From assembly GCA_036012755.1 (NCBI GenBank), contig DASCPX010000189.1, forward strand, positions 1 through 64,000: a DNA stretch of 64,000 bases. The letters run 5' to 3'. Positions 8,118-19,320 of the stretch are shown here, piece after piece (positions within the stretch are counted from its first letter, which is position 1; the number at the start of each line of letters is the position of its first letter). A program made the translations under genes and the position numbers. The stretch comes from Myxococcota bacterium. Its GTDB lineage: Bacteria > Myxococcota_A > UBA796 > CAJQPC01. Below the pieces are notes generated by a model, which saw only the letters and a program-made list of their open reading frames with translations, was not told the origin of the DNA and ran no database searches.

Positions 8118-8735
8118 CTACAGGCCCGCGCAGTCGGTGGCTTCGATCAGTGGGAGCAGCGCCTCGAGGTGGTTGTCGTAGGCGTCCTCGTCGAGGATCG
8201 GCTCCACCTCGAGCTCTCCGGCGAGCTCACCGACGAGGAAGACGCGGTCGTTTGGGATGCCGGCGGCCAAGAAGGCGGTGATGTCGGACTCGGCGTTGCC
8301 ATAGGCCCAGGCGTGTGACCAGCCCTCTGCGGCCTGATCCGAGAGGACCTCTGTCTTGTACTCGGCCGCGTCGTCGCCGAGCACGCCGTAGCCATCCGAG
8401 AGGTAGATGCGCTCTTCGTCGACGGGGAAGTCGTGGGCAACCAGCCAGTCCCGGGTGCCCTCCCACGCCGAGCGGCCGTCGGAGAGCTGGAAGTCGTCGC
8501 CCCGGGCCGTGACGTAGAAGACGCCGTAGCCCTGGGCGGCGTAGGCGCTCATCAAGGTGTTGGCCTCCGACCGCATCTCCGGGTCGTAGGTGGCGTCGGC
8601 CATCTGGGAGACCCACTCCCCATCGCTGGTCGTCAGGGTCTCGTCGATGTCGGTGACGACCGCCTGGTAGGAGACGCAGGGGCCGCTGTCGGGGTTGGTG
8701 CCTGTGCAGGCCGCGAGCAGGAAGAGCATTGGCAC
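8118..8735 (-). CDS. HAD-family LNS2/PITP-like phosphatase lipoprotein
   Basis: LLAAC lipobox; VVTDIDETLT (DxD), YVTARG, AYGNAESD. Confidence 0.8.
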   Translation of the reverse strand: MPMLFLLAACTGTNPDSGPCVSYQAVVTDIDETLTTSDGEWVSQMADATYDPEMRSEANTLMSAYAAQGYGVFYVTARGDDFQLSDGRSAWEGTRDWLVAHDFPVDEERIYLSDGYGVLGDDAAEYKTEVLSDQAAEGWSHAWAYGNAESDITAFLAAGIPNDRVFLVGELAGELEVEPILDEDAYDNHLEALLPLIEATDCAGL

Positions 8736-8747
8736 CTCTACCTCGCT

Positions 8748-10130
8748 TCACAGGCTCCTGGCGAGCTGGCCCAGCCGCACGACGGCCTCCTCGGTGCGTG
8801 GACCCCAGGGCACGCTGGCGTTGAGTCGGAGGCAGCGCCGGAGCCCGCCAGTGGCCGAGAACATCGGCCCCGGAGCCACGCTGATGCCCTCGTCCCAGGC
8901 CCGCTCGAAGAGATCGAGGGCGTCGCCGTCCGGGATCTCCACCCAGAGGAACTGTCCGCCTCGAGGCCGGCTGATCCCCGTGTCGCTCGGGAAGCTCTCT
9001 GCGACCGCGGTCGAGATTCGCCGCACATGGTCCCTGTAGGCCCGGCGCAGTCGGCGAAGGTGACGGTCGTAGCCCCCGCTGTCGAGGAACTCGGCCGCCG
9101 TGAGCTGTGGAACCGTCGCGCAGGCGAGGCTCGAGACCATCTTGCGCCGGGAGAGCTCGGCGGTGAACCGGCCCCCAGCGACCCAGCCGACGCGCAGCCC
9201 CGGGCTCAGCGTCTTGCTCAGGGTGCCGCAGGAGAGCACGATGCCGCCCCTGTCCCAGGCCTTCAGCGAGCGCGGCCGCCGACCGTCGAAGCCAAGGTCC
9301 CCATAGGCGTCGTCCTCGACGATCGGTACTCCGGCCCGGCTGCACATCTCGACGAGGCGCCCCTTGCCCTCGTCGTTGACGAGGGAGCCCAGCGGGTTGC
9401 TGTAGTTCGGCGCCACCGCCACGGCGTAGACCTCGGGCAGGACCGCCTCCAGGGCGTCGAGGTCGATGCCTCGGCCTGGGTGGCAGGGCACCTCTACGGG
9501 CTCGATGCCCTGGGAGCGCAGGATCTCGAGCAGTCCGAAGTAGGTGGGTGACTCCACCGCGACCCGGTCACCAGGGGAGCAGATCGTGCGGAAGCAGAGG
9601 TCGAGCGCCTCCTGGCAGCCGGCGGTGATGACGAGGTCATCTGGCGACAGCGTGCAGCCCGTCGCGATCAGTCGCTTCGCCAGAGCCCGTCGGAGCCGCA
9701 GGTGACCGGGGGCCATGACGTAGTCGTGGCTCTCTCGTCGCTCCCTGGCCACCCGACCCATCAGCCTGTCGAGCTGCTTCAGTGGGAGCTGGCCAGGATC
9801 GGGGAGCCCGCAGCCGAGGCCGACGAGGCCTTCCTGCCCTGCCCTCATCGTGATGCGCACCATGAGGTCGTGGCTGTCGAGGCCCGGTCCGGGCTCGGAG
9901 GTCCGAGGCTCAGGAGGCCGCGCGCTCGCCTTGACGTAGTGCCCGGACTGCGGGCGCACCTCGATCGTGCCTCGGTCCTCGAGCAGCCGGTAGGCCTGGA
10001 GCACCGTCGAGACGCTCACCCCCCAGTCCTGGCGCAGGCCGCGCACCGACGGGGTCTTCTGTCCCGGGAGCAGGGTCCCCGCGTCCACGAGGTCCTGGAG
10101 ACGATCGGCGATGTCTTCGTAGAGCGGCAT
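8748..10130 (-). CDS. MocR/GntR-family transcriptional regulator with PLP aminotransferase domain
   Basis: PSVRGL...VSVSTVLQAYRLLE...PQSGHYV winged HTH; IVEDDAY; SKTLSPGLRVGW. Confidence 0.92.
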   Translation of the reverse strand: MPLYEDIADRLQDLVDAGTLLPGQKTPSVRGLRQDWGVSVSTVLQAYRLLEDRGTIEVRPQSGHYVKASARPPEPRTSEPGPGLDSHDLMVRITMRAGQEGLVGLGCGLPDPGQLPLKQLDRLMGRVARERRESHDYVMAPGHLRLRRALAKRLIATGCTLSPDDLVITAGCQEALDLCFRTICSPGDRVAVESPTYFGLLEILRSQGIEPVEVPCHPGRGIDLDALEAVLPEVYAVAVAPNYSNPLGSLVNDEGKGRLVEMCSRAGVPIVEDDAYGDLGFDGRRPRSLKAWDRGGIVLSCGTLSKTLSPGLRVGWVAGGRFTAELSRRKMVSSLACATVPQLTAAEFLDSGGYDRHLRRLRRAYRDHVRRISTAVAESFPSDTGISRPRGGQFLWVEIPDGDALDLFERAWDEGISVAPGPMFSATGGLRRCLRLNASVPWGPRTEEAVVRLGQLARSL

Positions 10131-10141
10131 TGGGGCCGAAT

Positions 10142-10204
10142 TGTACCTGGAATGGTGCCAGTAGGGAAGTGTACCCGACACACCTGGAAGAACCCAACTG
10201 TACC
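10142..10204. promoter_or_regulatory. Three TGTACC direct repeats, candidate MocR operator
   Basis: TGTACC at 10142, 10170 and 10199 (28 and 29 bp spacing) in the divergent intergenic region. Confidence 0.55.
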
Positions 10205-10313
10205 CCTAACACGTGTAGAGTGCTGTCTCCACCCACAACAGATGCTCGCGCCCAGGCTCTCTCCACGAAGGTCTGGTGTTGCTGCTGGCACCCACCGGCA
10301 TACTGCGCCTCCC

Positions 10314-12413
10314 ATGGACCCGCTCGTCTACCAGTACGTCGTCGGTGGAGCCGTCTTCGCCGTCGGGATCGGCTTCGCCTGGAAGCAGGGCTACGTCGGC
10401 CTCGAGGGCAAGGGGCTGCGGAACCTGATCCTCCTGTTCCTGGGGCTCTTCGCGGTCGCCGGGGTCCAGGCCTGGCTGCAGTACGCCCCGATGGAGGAGG
10501 CCGCGGCCGTCCCCTACACCGGCGAGCCCTACGAGCGCACCAGTCTCGGCACGAACCTCGACTACGGGATCATGGTCGGGTACTTCGTCGCGATGCTGGC
10601 CATCGGGACGTGGTTCGGCCGGGGGAACACCTCGACGAAGGACTTCTTCTTCGGCGGTCAGCGCTTCTCCTGGTGGCTCATCGCGTTCTCGATGATCGCC
10701 ACGACGATCGGCAGCTACAGCTTCGTCAAGTACTCGAAGATCGCCTTCGGCTACGGCATCGCCTCGAGCCAGACCTACCTCAACGACTGGCTGTGGGCGC
10801 CGCTGTTGATGTTCGGGTGGCTGCCGCTTCTGTACTTCTCGCGGGTCGTCAGCATCCCGGAGTACTTCGCGCGTCGCTTCGGCCCGATGGCCCGCATGGT
10901 CTCGACCGCGCTGTTGCTCGTCTACCTCGTCGGCTACGTCGGCATCAACCTCTACACGATGGGCCAGGCGCTCAGCATCCTGCTGGGTTGGCCGGTCTTC
11001 TGGTCCGCCGCCGGCGTCGCGGCCGTCTCCGCGATCTACGTCACCTTCGGCGGCCAGACCAGCGTCATCATGACCGACCTGTTCCAGGGCGTGATGCTGC
11101 TGGCGACCGGGCTCGTGCTGCTCTTTCTCGGCATCCACTACCTGGGTGGCTTCGAGGACTTCTGGGCCCACCTCCCCCGCGGCCACCGCCAGGCCTACGT
11201 CGACTTCAACGCCGACGCCAACTACCCGGCTGTCGGCATCTTCTGGCAGGACGCCATGGCCAACACGGCCATGTTCTATTTCCTGAACCAGGGCATGGTC
11301 ATGCGCCTGCTCGCGGCCCGCTCGGTCAAGGACAGCCGTCGCGCGGTCGTGACCGTGATGCTCGTGCTGATGCCCATCGCGGCCCTGGTCGTGGCCTCTG
11401 GCGGGTGGGTCGCAAAGGCCCTCGTCCACGCCGGCGTGCTCGACCCGACCATCGAGGGCAAGGAGGCCTTCTTCGTCGCCGCCGACTTCCTCGCCGTGCC
11501 GGGTGTCTTCGGTCTGATCATGGCCGCCCTCACCGCTGCGCTCATGTCCACCGTCGACACCCTCGTGACCGCTGTCGCTGCGATCGCCGTGAACGACGTC
11601 TACGCGCCGCTGAAGCCGAAGTCCACGGACAAACAGCGCCTGGGTATCGCCCGCATCTCCTCCGTCGGCATCAGCGTCATCGGAGTGTTGCTCGTGCCGG
11701 TCTTCATGCAGTTCGGCTCGATCTACTCCGCCCACGGCGCCTTCACCGCGGCCGTCACCCCCCCGCTGGTGATCGCCTTGTTGTTCGGCGTCTTCTGGCG
11801 CCGCTACACGCCCACCGCAGCGCTCTGGACCATGGTGGGGGGCTCCATCGCGATCTTCGCCTCCGTCGTCTGGCCAGAGCTCATCGCGCCCTTCGCCCAC
11901 GGCGTGCCGATGAAGGAGGTCGAAGACGGCTTCCTCGCGGGCAAGGACGTCTGGAAGTTCATGCGCGCCTTCTACGGGCTCATCGTCTGCGCCTTCATCG
12001 GCGTCGTGGTGACAATGTTCACGAAGGCCCGGCCCATCGAGGACGTCAAGGGCCTGGTCTGGGGCACCGTCAACGACGCCATCGCCTGGTACAAGGGCAG
12101 CCCGGGCGAGGAGACCGAGAGCGCCTGGGCTGCAGCGAGGGCCCAGGCTGGCGAGGACGACCGGCGGATCGGGCGCGGGCTGCTGCCGGTGGTCACCCTC
12201 GCCAGCGGACTGGCCTCCACGCTCGACGCAAAAGAGGGCGACCTCGTCTACCTCAGCGACGCTCGGGCCTGGCTCGGGGGGCTCAAGGCCTCCCACGCGG
12301 TGATCGACGCGATCGACGAGGCGCTGCCTGACGGAACCATCGTCGTCGGTCCCACCCTCCAAGCGGTGCTCGGCGGGGTGGAGCGACCCCTGCGGGTCAA
12401 GCGCCTGTACTGA
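10314..12413 (+). CDS. Sodium:solute symporter (SSS) family protein with N- and C-terminal extensions
   Basis: DFFFGGQRFSWW, SIPEYFARRFG, YVTFGGQTSVIMTDLFQG, AALMSTVDT; many TM helices. Confidence 0.9.
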   Translation: MDPLVYQYVVGGAVFAVGIGFAWKQGYVGLEGKGLRNLILLFLGLFAVAGVQAWLQYAPMEEAAAVPYTGEPYERTSLGTNLDYGIMVGYFVAMLAIGTWFGRGNTSTKDFFFGGQRFSWWLIAFSMIATTIGSYSFVKYSKIAFGYGIASSQTYLNDWLWAPLLMFGWLPLLYFSRVVSIPEYFARRFGPMARMVSTALLLVYLVGYVGINLYTMGQALSILLGWPVFWSAAGVAAVSAIYVTFGGQTSVIMTDLFQGVMLLATGLVLLFLGIHYLGGFEDFWAHLPRGHRQAYVDFNADANYPAVGIFWQDAMANTAMFYFLNQGMVMRLLAARSVKDSRRAVVTVMLVLMPIAALVVASGGWVAKALVHAGVLDPTIEGKEAFFVAADFLAVPGVFGLIMAALTAALMSTVDTLVTAVAAIAVNDVYAPLKPKSTDKQRLGIARISSVGISVIGVLLVPVFMQFGSIYSAHGAFTAAVTPPLVIALLFGVFWRRYTPTAALWTMVGGSIAIFASVVWPELIAPFAHGVPMKEVEDGFLAGKDVWKFMRAFYGLIVCAFIGVVVTMFTKARPIEDVKGLVWGTVNDAIAWYKGSPGEETESAWAAARAQAGEDDRRIGRGLLPVVTLASGLASTLDAKEGDLVYLSDARAWLGGLKASHAVIDAIDEALPDGTIVVGPTLQAVLGGVERPLRVKRLY

Positions 12414-12448
12414 TCGGGCGGGCTACGTGTGGGTGCAAGGAGTACCCC

Positions 12449-12784
12449 ATGGACGAACGTGATGAGCCGGCTCGCCCGGTCGACATGATCGCGGACGAGC
12501 TTCGTCTGCAGGCCTGGCTTGCCAAGGCAGAGGTCGAGAACCCCAGCGTGCGCAAGCCAGAGAACTTCGAGCGCCTGTCGCTGTTGGCCCTGACCCGAGA
12601 CGAGCTGCGGCTGCAGATGCACCTCGGCAAGCTCGAGCTACGAGACGGATGGGAGGAGCACGAGGAGCGCTGGCGTCACCTCATGAAGTGGGCCGGTGAC
12701 ACCCGAGAGGACGTCGAGGACAAGGTCGAGGAGACCCTCGAGGCCCTGGAGAGAGGCTACCGCCTCATCCGCCACGGGGGCTGA
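12449..12784 (+). CDS. Small helical hypothetical protein
   Basis: AAGGAG ribosome-binding site; internal duplication DELRLQAWL / DELRLQMHL. Confidence 0.7.
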   Translation: MDERDEPARPVDMIADELRLQAWLAKAEVENPSVRKPENFERLSLLALTRDELRLQMHLGKLELRDGWEEHEERWRHLMKWAGDTREDVEDKVEETLEALERGYRLIRHGG

Positions 12785-13652
12785 GGTGCTCGCGGACGCC
12801 GCCTGTGTACGCGGCTTCGAGCGTGGCGCAGGTGTCGTCGTCCAGCTCCGGCGGCGCGTGCACGACGAGGTGTACGAAGAGATCCCCGGTGGGTTTGCCC
12901 TTGCGGGCGACGCCCTTTTTCTTGAGACGGAGCCTCTGGCCTGACTGCGAGGACGGCGGCACGCGCAGCTTCACGCTGCCGTCCAGCAGGGGGACCTCGA
13001 CGCGGGCGCCCTTCACCGCCTCGACGACGGTGATGGGCAGCTCGAGGTGGAGGTCGAGGCCATCTCTCGAGAAGACCGGATCCGGCTCGACGCGGATGCC
13101 GATGACGAGGTCCCCCGGCGGACCGCCGCCCATGCCGGGGTGGCCCTTGCCGCGAAGGCGGATGTGGCCCCCGTCGGCCACTCCGGGGGGGATGCGGACC
13201 TCGAGGTCTCGTCCGTCCACGAAGCTGAGCCGTCGCTGGCCGCCCAGCGCCGCGCAGCGGAAGTCCAGGGAGAGCGTCGCCTGCATGTCGGTGCCGCGGC
13301 GTGGCCCCCGTCGGCGGCCGAACAGCTGCTCGAACATGGCCGGATCACCTCCCATTCCACCGGGGCCCTGCCAGCGCGCCTGCTGCTGCCACCGCTGGCG
13401 CGCTCGAGCCTGCTCGGCGTCGAAGCCCAGGCGGGTGGAGGCATCTCCGAACTCGTCGTAGAGCTTGCGCCTGGCCGGATCTCCTAGGGTCTCGTGGGCG
13501 GCGCTGACCTCCTTGAAGCGCTCCTCGGCCCGCTCGTCGCTCGGGTTCACGTCGGGATGCAGCTCCCGCGCGAGCCTGCGATAGGCCTTCTTGATGTCCT
13601 TGTCCGAGGCGTCCCTGGGGACACCCAGGACGGCGTACAGGGATTCCGGCAC
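12765..13652 (-). CDS. DnaJ-class co-chaperone without zinc finger (CbpA-like)
   Basis: J-domain with HPD motif, DnaJ C-terminal domains, AAGGAGG ribosome-binding site. Confidence 0.9.
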   Translation of the reverse strand: MPESLYAVLGVPRDASDKDIKKAYRRLARELHPDVNPSDERAEERFKEVSAAHETLGDPARRKLYDEFGDASTRLGFDAEQARARQRWQQQARWQGPGGMGGDPAMFEQLFGRRRGPRRGTDMQATLSLDFRCAALGGQRRLSFVDGRDLEVRIPPGVADGGHIRLRGKGHPGMGGGPPGDLVIGIRVEPDPVFSRDGLDLHLELPITVVEAVKGARVEVPLLDGSVKLRVPPSSQSGQRLRLKKKGVARKGKPTGDLFVHLVVHAPPELDDDTCATLEAAYTGGVREHLSPRGG

Positions 13653-13746
13653 GCGTCCTCCTTGGCTCTCTACCTAGGCAAGGGCCCGGCCACGACAAGC
13701 TGGGCGCTCCCGAAGATCGCCTGTAGCGGCTATACTGCGCGCCTCC

Positions 13747-14253
13747 ATGGAGTTCCTCATGTTTCTCAGCCTCCTGTTGTCCGCCTGCACGCCTGGCAGC
13801 ATCGTCCTCGGTGGAGGTGGTGGAGACTCGGGCTCCCCCGACGACACCGGCGGCGAGGACCCGCACCCCCACGCTGGCACCTACAGCGGCTCGATCGCCT
13901 GGTGGATGGACGACTGGGACTGGGTCATCTGCGACGGCGAGGACATCGACGTCGAGATCAACGCCGTCGGCGAGTTCTCCAGCTCCGGTCTCTGCGTCTA
14001 CTACGGCCAGTACGATGACTACGACATGGCCATCGAGCTCGACGGCTCGGTGACCGAGGAAGGAGAGGTCACCGGTGAGATCTCCTGGGAGACCTGGGCC
14101 ATCTACAGCGGCTACGAGCTGGAGACGATCACCGCCGACCTCGAAGGCACCGTCGACGACGGCGAGCTCGACGCCGAGTTCGAGGCCGACGCCTACATGG
14201 GCGACTACGGCGACTACCCGGTCAACGGCGCGATCCAGGCCGACCTGGAGTAG
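13747..14253 (+). CDS. Acidic hypothetical lipoprotein
   Basis: LLLSAC lipobox; beta-rich acidic body. Confidence 0.75.
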   Translation: MEFLMFLSLLLSACTPGSIVLGGGGGDSGSPDDTGGEDPHPHAGTYSGSIAWWMDDWDWVICDGEDIDVEINAVGEFSSSGLCVYYGQYDDYDMAIELDGSVTEEGEVTGEISWETWAIYSGYELETITADLEGTVDDGELDAEFEADAYMGDYGDYPVNGAIQADLE

Positions 14254-14272
14254 GTCGACCCGGCTCGCGAGA

Positions 14273-15793
<1,521 letters not shown>

Positions 15794-15816
15794 CTCTGGC
15801 TCCGGAGTCGATAGGC

Positions 15817-15838
15817 TCAATCCGTTTAGCCGGATGGA
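15817..15838. promoter_or_regulatory. Palindrome ATCCG-N6-CGGAT, candidate SahR-type operator
   Basis: TCAATCCGTTTAGCCGGATGGA between divergent ahcY and the ArsR-methyltransferase regulator. Confidence 0.65.
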
Positions 15839-15868
15839 CAAATGGATTGCAAGCGCTTAGGAAAAAAC

Positions 15869-16774
15869 ATGACGGTCTTCGAGCTCATGAGCGCCCTCTC
15901 CGAGCCCGTGCGTGTGCGCATCCTGGCCCTCGTGGAGGCAGAGGAGCTCGGCGTGAAGGAGCTCCAGGAGACGCTTCAGCTGCCGCAGTCGACGATCTCG
16001 CGCCACCTCAAGGTGCTGGTGGATCGGGGCCTCGTGCAGCGCCGATCCTCTGGCACCCAGAGCCTGGTGCGCCTCGCCACGCTGGACGCTTCGACCGACG
16101 CGATCTGGCAGTCGGTGCGGGCTCAGGTCGGCGAGACCCGGGAGGCGGACCTGGCGCGGATGAAGACCGTTCTGTCCTTGTCTCGGGCGGACGGCGAGGA
16201 CTTCTTCGGCCGCCACGCTTCCCGCTGGGATGCCCTGCGCGAGGACCTCTTCGGCCACGACTTCGTGCTCCCGACGCTCCTGTCGCTCCTTCCCCGCGAG
16301 CTCGTCGTGGCCGACCTCGGCTGCGGCACGGGTGCGATGCTCGCTTGTCTCGGCTCGCTGCGGGTCATCGGCGTGGACCGCGAACCGGCGATGCTGGATG
16401 AGGCCCGCAAGCGGGTCCCCGAGGCGGATCTGCGCTGCGGACGCCTGGATGATCTGCCGATCGAGGAGGACGAGCTCGACGCGGCGCTGTTGGTGCTGGT
16501 CCTCCACCACGTCGAGGACCTCTCGGGGGTCTTCTCAGAGCTCGCTCGGGTGCTCCGAGGGGGTGGTCGTGCCATCGTCCTGGACATGGTCGAGCACGAC
16601 CGGGCCGAGTTCCGCCGCACGATGGGCCACAAGCACCTGGGTTTGTCCGCGTCCGGGCTCGGCGCGCTCGCGGCGGGCCATGGCTTGGAGATGGTGGGCC
16701 AGTGCGAGCTCGCGCGCGCCGAGGGCGCCCTGGGCCCCGCTCTCCAGCTGCTCGTCTTCGAGAAGAAGGGATAG
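15869..16774 (+). CDS. ArsR-family regulator fused to a SAM-binding methyltransferase domain (SahR-like)
   Basis: ALSEPVRVRIL...QSTISRHLKVL HTH; VADLGCGTG; divergent from ahcY. Confidence 0.88.
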   Translation: MTVFELMSALSEPVRVRILALVEAEELGVKELQETLQLPQSTISRHLKVLVDRGLVQRRSSGTQSLVRLATLDASTDAIWQSVRAQVGETREADLARMKTVLSLSRADGEDFFGRHASRWDALREDLFGHDFVLPTLLSLLPRELVVADLGCGTGAMLACLGSLRVIGVDREPAMLDEARKRVPEADLRCGRLDDLPIEEDELDAALLVLVLHHVEDLSGVFSELARVLRGGGRAIVLDMVEHDRAEFRRTMGHKHLGLSASGLGALAAGHGLEMVGQCELARAEGALGPALQLLVFEKKG

Positions 16775-16780
16775 ACGGGC

Positions 16781-17518
16781 GTGGACTGGGTCACGACCTT
16801 CTACGCCCGGCAAGGCGAGCTGACAGGCTGCTACTCCGGTGGCGTGCTCGCCCACCATCGCGCGAAGGCTGCCCGCGTGCCCGCCCTCGCTGGTCGCGAC
16901 GGCGGGCGCGTGCTGGAGCTGGGCGCCGGTGGCGGGCAGATGGCTGTCGCCGTCGCCGAAGGAGGCTTCGAGGTCGTCGCGGTCGAGCTCGTTCCGGCCT
17001 CTGCCCAGAGCGCGCGGGAGCTGGTCTCCTCCACCGGGGCGGCGGTCGAGGTCGTCGAGGGCAGCTTCTACGAGGTCGAGCTCTCCGGAGGCTTCGACCT
17101 CGTCGTCTACTGGGACGGCTTTGGTGTCGGCAGTGACGAGGACCAGCGGCGCCTGCTGAAGCGTGTGCGGGCCTGGCTCGCCACCGGCGGCGTGGCGCTC
17201 GTCGAGGTCTACACGCCCTGGTATGCGGCCCGCTCTGCGGGGCACGGCTGGCCCATGGGCGAGGCAGAGCGCGAGTACGGCTTCGACGCGGAGGGGAGCC
17301 GCTGGCTGGACAGCTGGTGGCCGCGCGGGCGACCGGAGGAGGCTGTGACGCAGTCGCTCCGTGCCTACTCGCCGGCGGATCTCGAGCTCCTGCTGGAGAC
17401 AACGGGTCTCGCGTTGGAGTCGATCCACCCTGGCGGCGGACTCGACTTCGAGACGATGACCTGGAAGGACCCGCGGCCACTGTCCGAGGCGATGGCCTAC
17501 ACCGCCGTGCTTCGCTGA
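16781..17518 (+). CDS. Class I SAM-dependent methyltransferase
   Basis: VLELGAGGG motif I; FDLVVYWDGFG. Confidence 0.85.
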   Translation: MDWVTTFYARQGELTGCYSGGVLAHHRAKAARVPALAGRDGGRVLELGAGGGQMAVAVAEGGFEVVAVELVPASAQSARELVSSTGAAVEVVEGSFYEVELSGGFDLVVYWDGFGVGSDEDQRRLLKRVRAWLATGGVALVEVYTPWYAARSAGHGWPMGEAEREYGFDAEGSRWLDSWWPRGRPEEAVTQSLRAYSPADLELLLETTGLALESIHPGGGLDFETMTWKDPRPLSEAMAYTAVLR

Positions 17519-17551
17519 TCCCTGGGCAGAAGCCGCGTATCATGTGCCGCT

Positions 17552-18301
17552 ATGCTGTACCTGCTGCTCGGATCCGTCCTCGCCACCGACCTCCGGGTCG
17601 ACTCCACGGGTAGCTTCGTCGTCGTCAGCATCGACGGCAGGCTCGTCGGAGCCACGCCGATGGAGCTCACCGACATCCCCGCCGGCCGCCACGAGGTCGG
17701 CTTCTGGCAGTCGGCGACGGACTCCCAGCCGGTCTTCGTGGAGTACGTGGAGATGGCCGAGGCGGACGCCCTGCGGCTCGTCGTGGATCTCCAGCTGAAG
17801 TCGGTCGAGGTAGAGGTTCTCGCCGCCGCCCAGGCTCCGGCCGAGCCGGCCAAGGCCACCGAGGTGGTCGAGGCCCCGACAGAGGCTGTGCCGGAGACGG
17901 TTGTCGAGACGGTGGAGACGGCGCCCGAGACGGTTCCGGAAGCCCCGCCGGAGACTGTGGCGGAGACCGCCGCGGAGACCCCGACGCCTGCGGCGCCCGC
18001 GAGGAACATCGGTCGCCTGGCGCTGAACTCGGCGGTGACGGCGGTGGGCGTTGGCGCCGCCGGGTTCGCTGGCTACGAATACGTCCAGGCCAGGACCTCC
18101 TATGCGGCCTTCCTCGCTGTTCCCAGCGACGATGTCGCTCGGAAGATCTACGAAGAGGAGGTCCAGCCGGCCCGGACCCTCGCCCTCGCAGCGGGGGTCG
18201 GCGCCGGATTGGCCCTCGGGACCGCCGCGGGCCTGTGGGTCACCAGCGATCTCACCGTGACGCCCACCCCGGGCGGCCTCCTCGTTCAAGGGAGCTTCTG
18301 A
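17552..18301 (+). CDS. PEGA-domain secreted/membrane protein
   Basis: Short signal peptide, IDGRLVGATPMELTDIPAGRHEV, Glu/Thr/Pro linker, C-terminal hydrophobic segments. Confidence 0.8.
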   Translation: MLYLLLGSVLATDLRVDSTGSFVVVSIDGRLVGATPMELTDIPAGRHEVGFWQSATDSQPVFVEYVEMAEADALRLVVDLQLKSVEVEVLAAAQAPAEPAKATEVVEAPTEAVPETVVETVETAPETVPEAPPETVAETAAETPTPAAPARNIGRLALNSAVTAVGVGAAGFAGYEYVQARTSYAAFLAVPSDDVARKIYEEEVQPARTLALAAGVGAGLALGTAAGLWVTSDLTVTPTPGGLLVQGSF

Positions 18302-19005
18302 TGCTTCTCCTCATACTGGCTTGCCTCCCCACCAGCGGTCGCGACTGGGACAGCGGCTTTCCCGAGGCGGACGCCGACGCGGACACCGACGCGGACACCG
18401 ACTCCGACTCGGACGGTGACTCGGACGCGGACTCGGACTCGGACTCGGACGCCGATGGCGACGGTGACGTCGACCGGGACGGCGATGGCTACGACGAGGA
18501 CGAGGACTGCGACGACAACGACGAGGACGTGAACCCCGGGGTTCGCTCGGATGAGTGCGACGGTGTCGACAACGACTGCGACAGCGGCATCGACGAGGAC
18601 TTCGACGACGACGAGTACGAGCCCAACGACGAGGAGAGCACGGACCTGGGGGACCTGACGCCATCTGGGGGCGCGGTCATCGAGGCCTACCAGTTCCCCG
18701 AGAGCGACGTCGACATCTTCATCTTCTACCTCGAAGACGGCTGGTGGGACTCCTTCGACTTCAACGTCACCCTCTCCCCGGCCATCAGCGTCGACGGGAT
18801 CCTGGAGCTCTACTGGTACCCGGACGACGAGACCGGCTGGGAGTTCATCGAACTGGCCGACGCCACCGGAAAGGGCGGCGCCGAGAGCATCTACCGCGAC
18901 GGGGACGCGTGGTCCTCGGACACGGCCTGGTATGGGGTCATCGTGTCCTCGGGCGACGGCGAGAGCTGCGACGACCCCTACTACTGGGAGCTCGATCTAC
19001 CCTGA
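18301..19005 (+). CDS. Lipoprotein with Asp-rich tract, MopE-type Cys/Asp metal-binding motif and PPC-like domain
   Basis: MLLLILAC; DADADTDADTDSDSD; DRDGDGY...DCDDNDEDVNPG...ECDGVDNDCDS; YEPND. Confidence 0.8.
   Translation: MLLLILACLPTSGRDWDSGFPEADADADTDADTDSDSDGDSDADSDSDSDADGDGDVDRDGDGYDEDEDCDDNDEDVNPGVRSDECDGVDNDCDSGIDEDFDDDEYEPNDEESTDLGDLTPSGGAVIEAYQFPESDVDIFIFYLEDGWWDSFDFNVTLSPAISVDGILELYWYPDDETGWEFIELADATGKGGAESIYRDGDAWSSDTAWYGVIVSSGDGESCDDPYYWELDLP
18367..18460 (+). repeat. Hexamer tandem repeat (gac-nnn)n encoding (Asp-Ala/Thr/Ser/Gly)n
   Basis: gcggacgccgacgcggacaccgac...gactcggactcggactcggac seen directly. Confidence 0.8.
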
Positions 19006-19014
19006 GGTCGGCCC

Positions 19015-19248
19015 TCAGCGCTCGGCGGTGGCCGTCGACGCCATGTCGGTCTCGACCTTGTCCAGTCGGAACGCCAGCGCGTCGTAGTCCGCGTTGGTGC
19101 GAGCCAGGTCGATCTGCATCTGGAGTGCACCGACCTGGCGCAGCTCTTCTTCTGTGTCGGCGCGCTGCTCGAGCTCCCCGAGACGAAGGGAGAGTTCAGC
19201 GGCTTGCTCGTTCGGCCCACAGCCGAGCGTGATAAGGAGAGCGAACAT
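19015..19248 (-). CDS. Small coiled-coil lipoprotein
   Basis: GGAGG ribosome-binding site; LITLGC lipobox. Confidence 0.65.
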   Translation of the reverse strand: MFALLITLGCGPNEQAAELSLRLGELEQRADTEEELRQVGALQMQIDLARTNADYDALAFRLDKVETDMASTATAER

Positions 19249-19320
19249 CTTATCCTCCTAGGAAGAGGCCAGATTAACACGGTCCAACGCCCTGATTTAC
19301 ACTCGCCTGACATTTTCCTG

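Noticed and set aside
18367..18480. Short repeats as CRISPR or VNTR (also 56160-57060 and 17860-17990)
   Set aside because: In-frame low-complexity coding repeats with no repeat-spacer structure and no cas genes.
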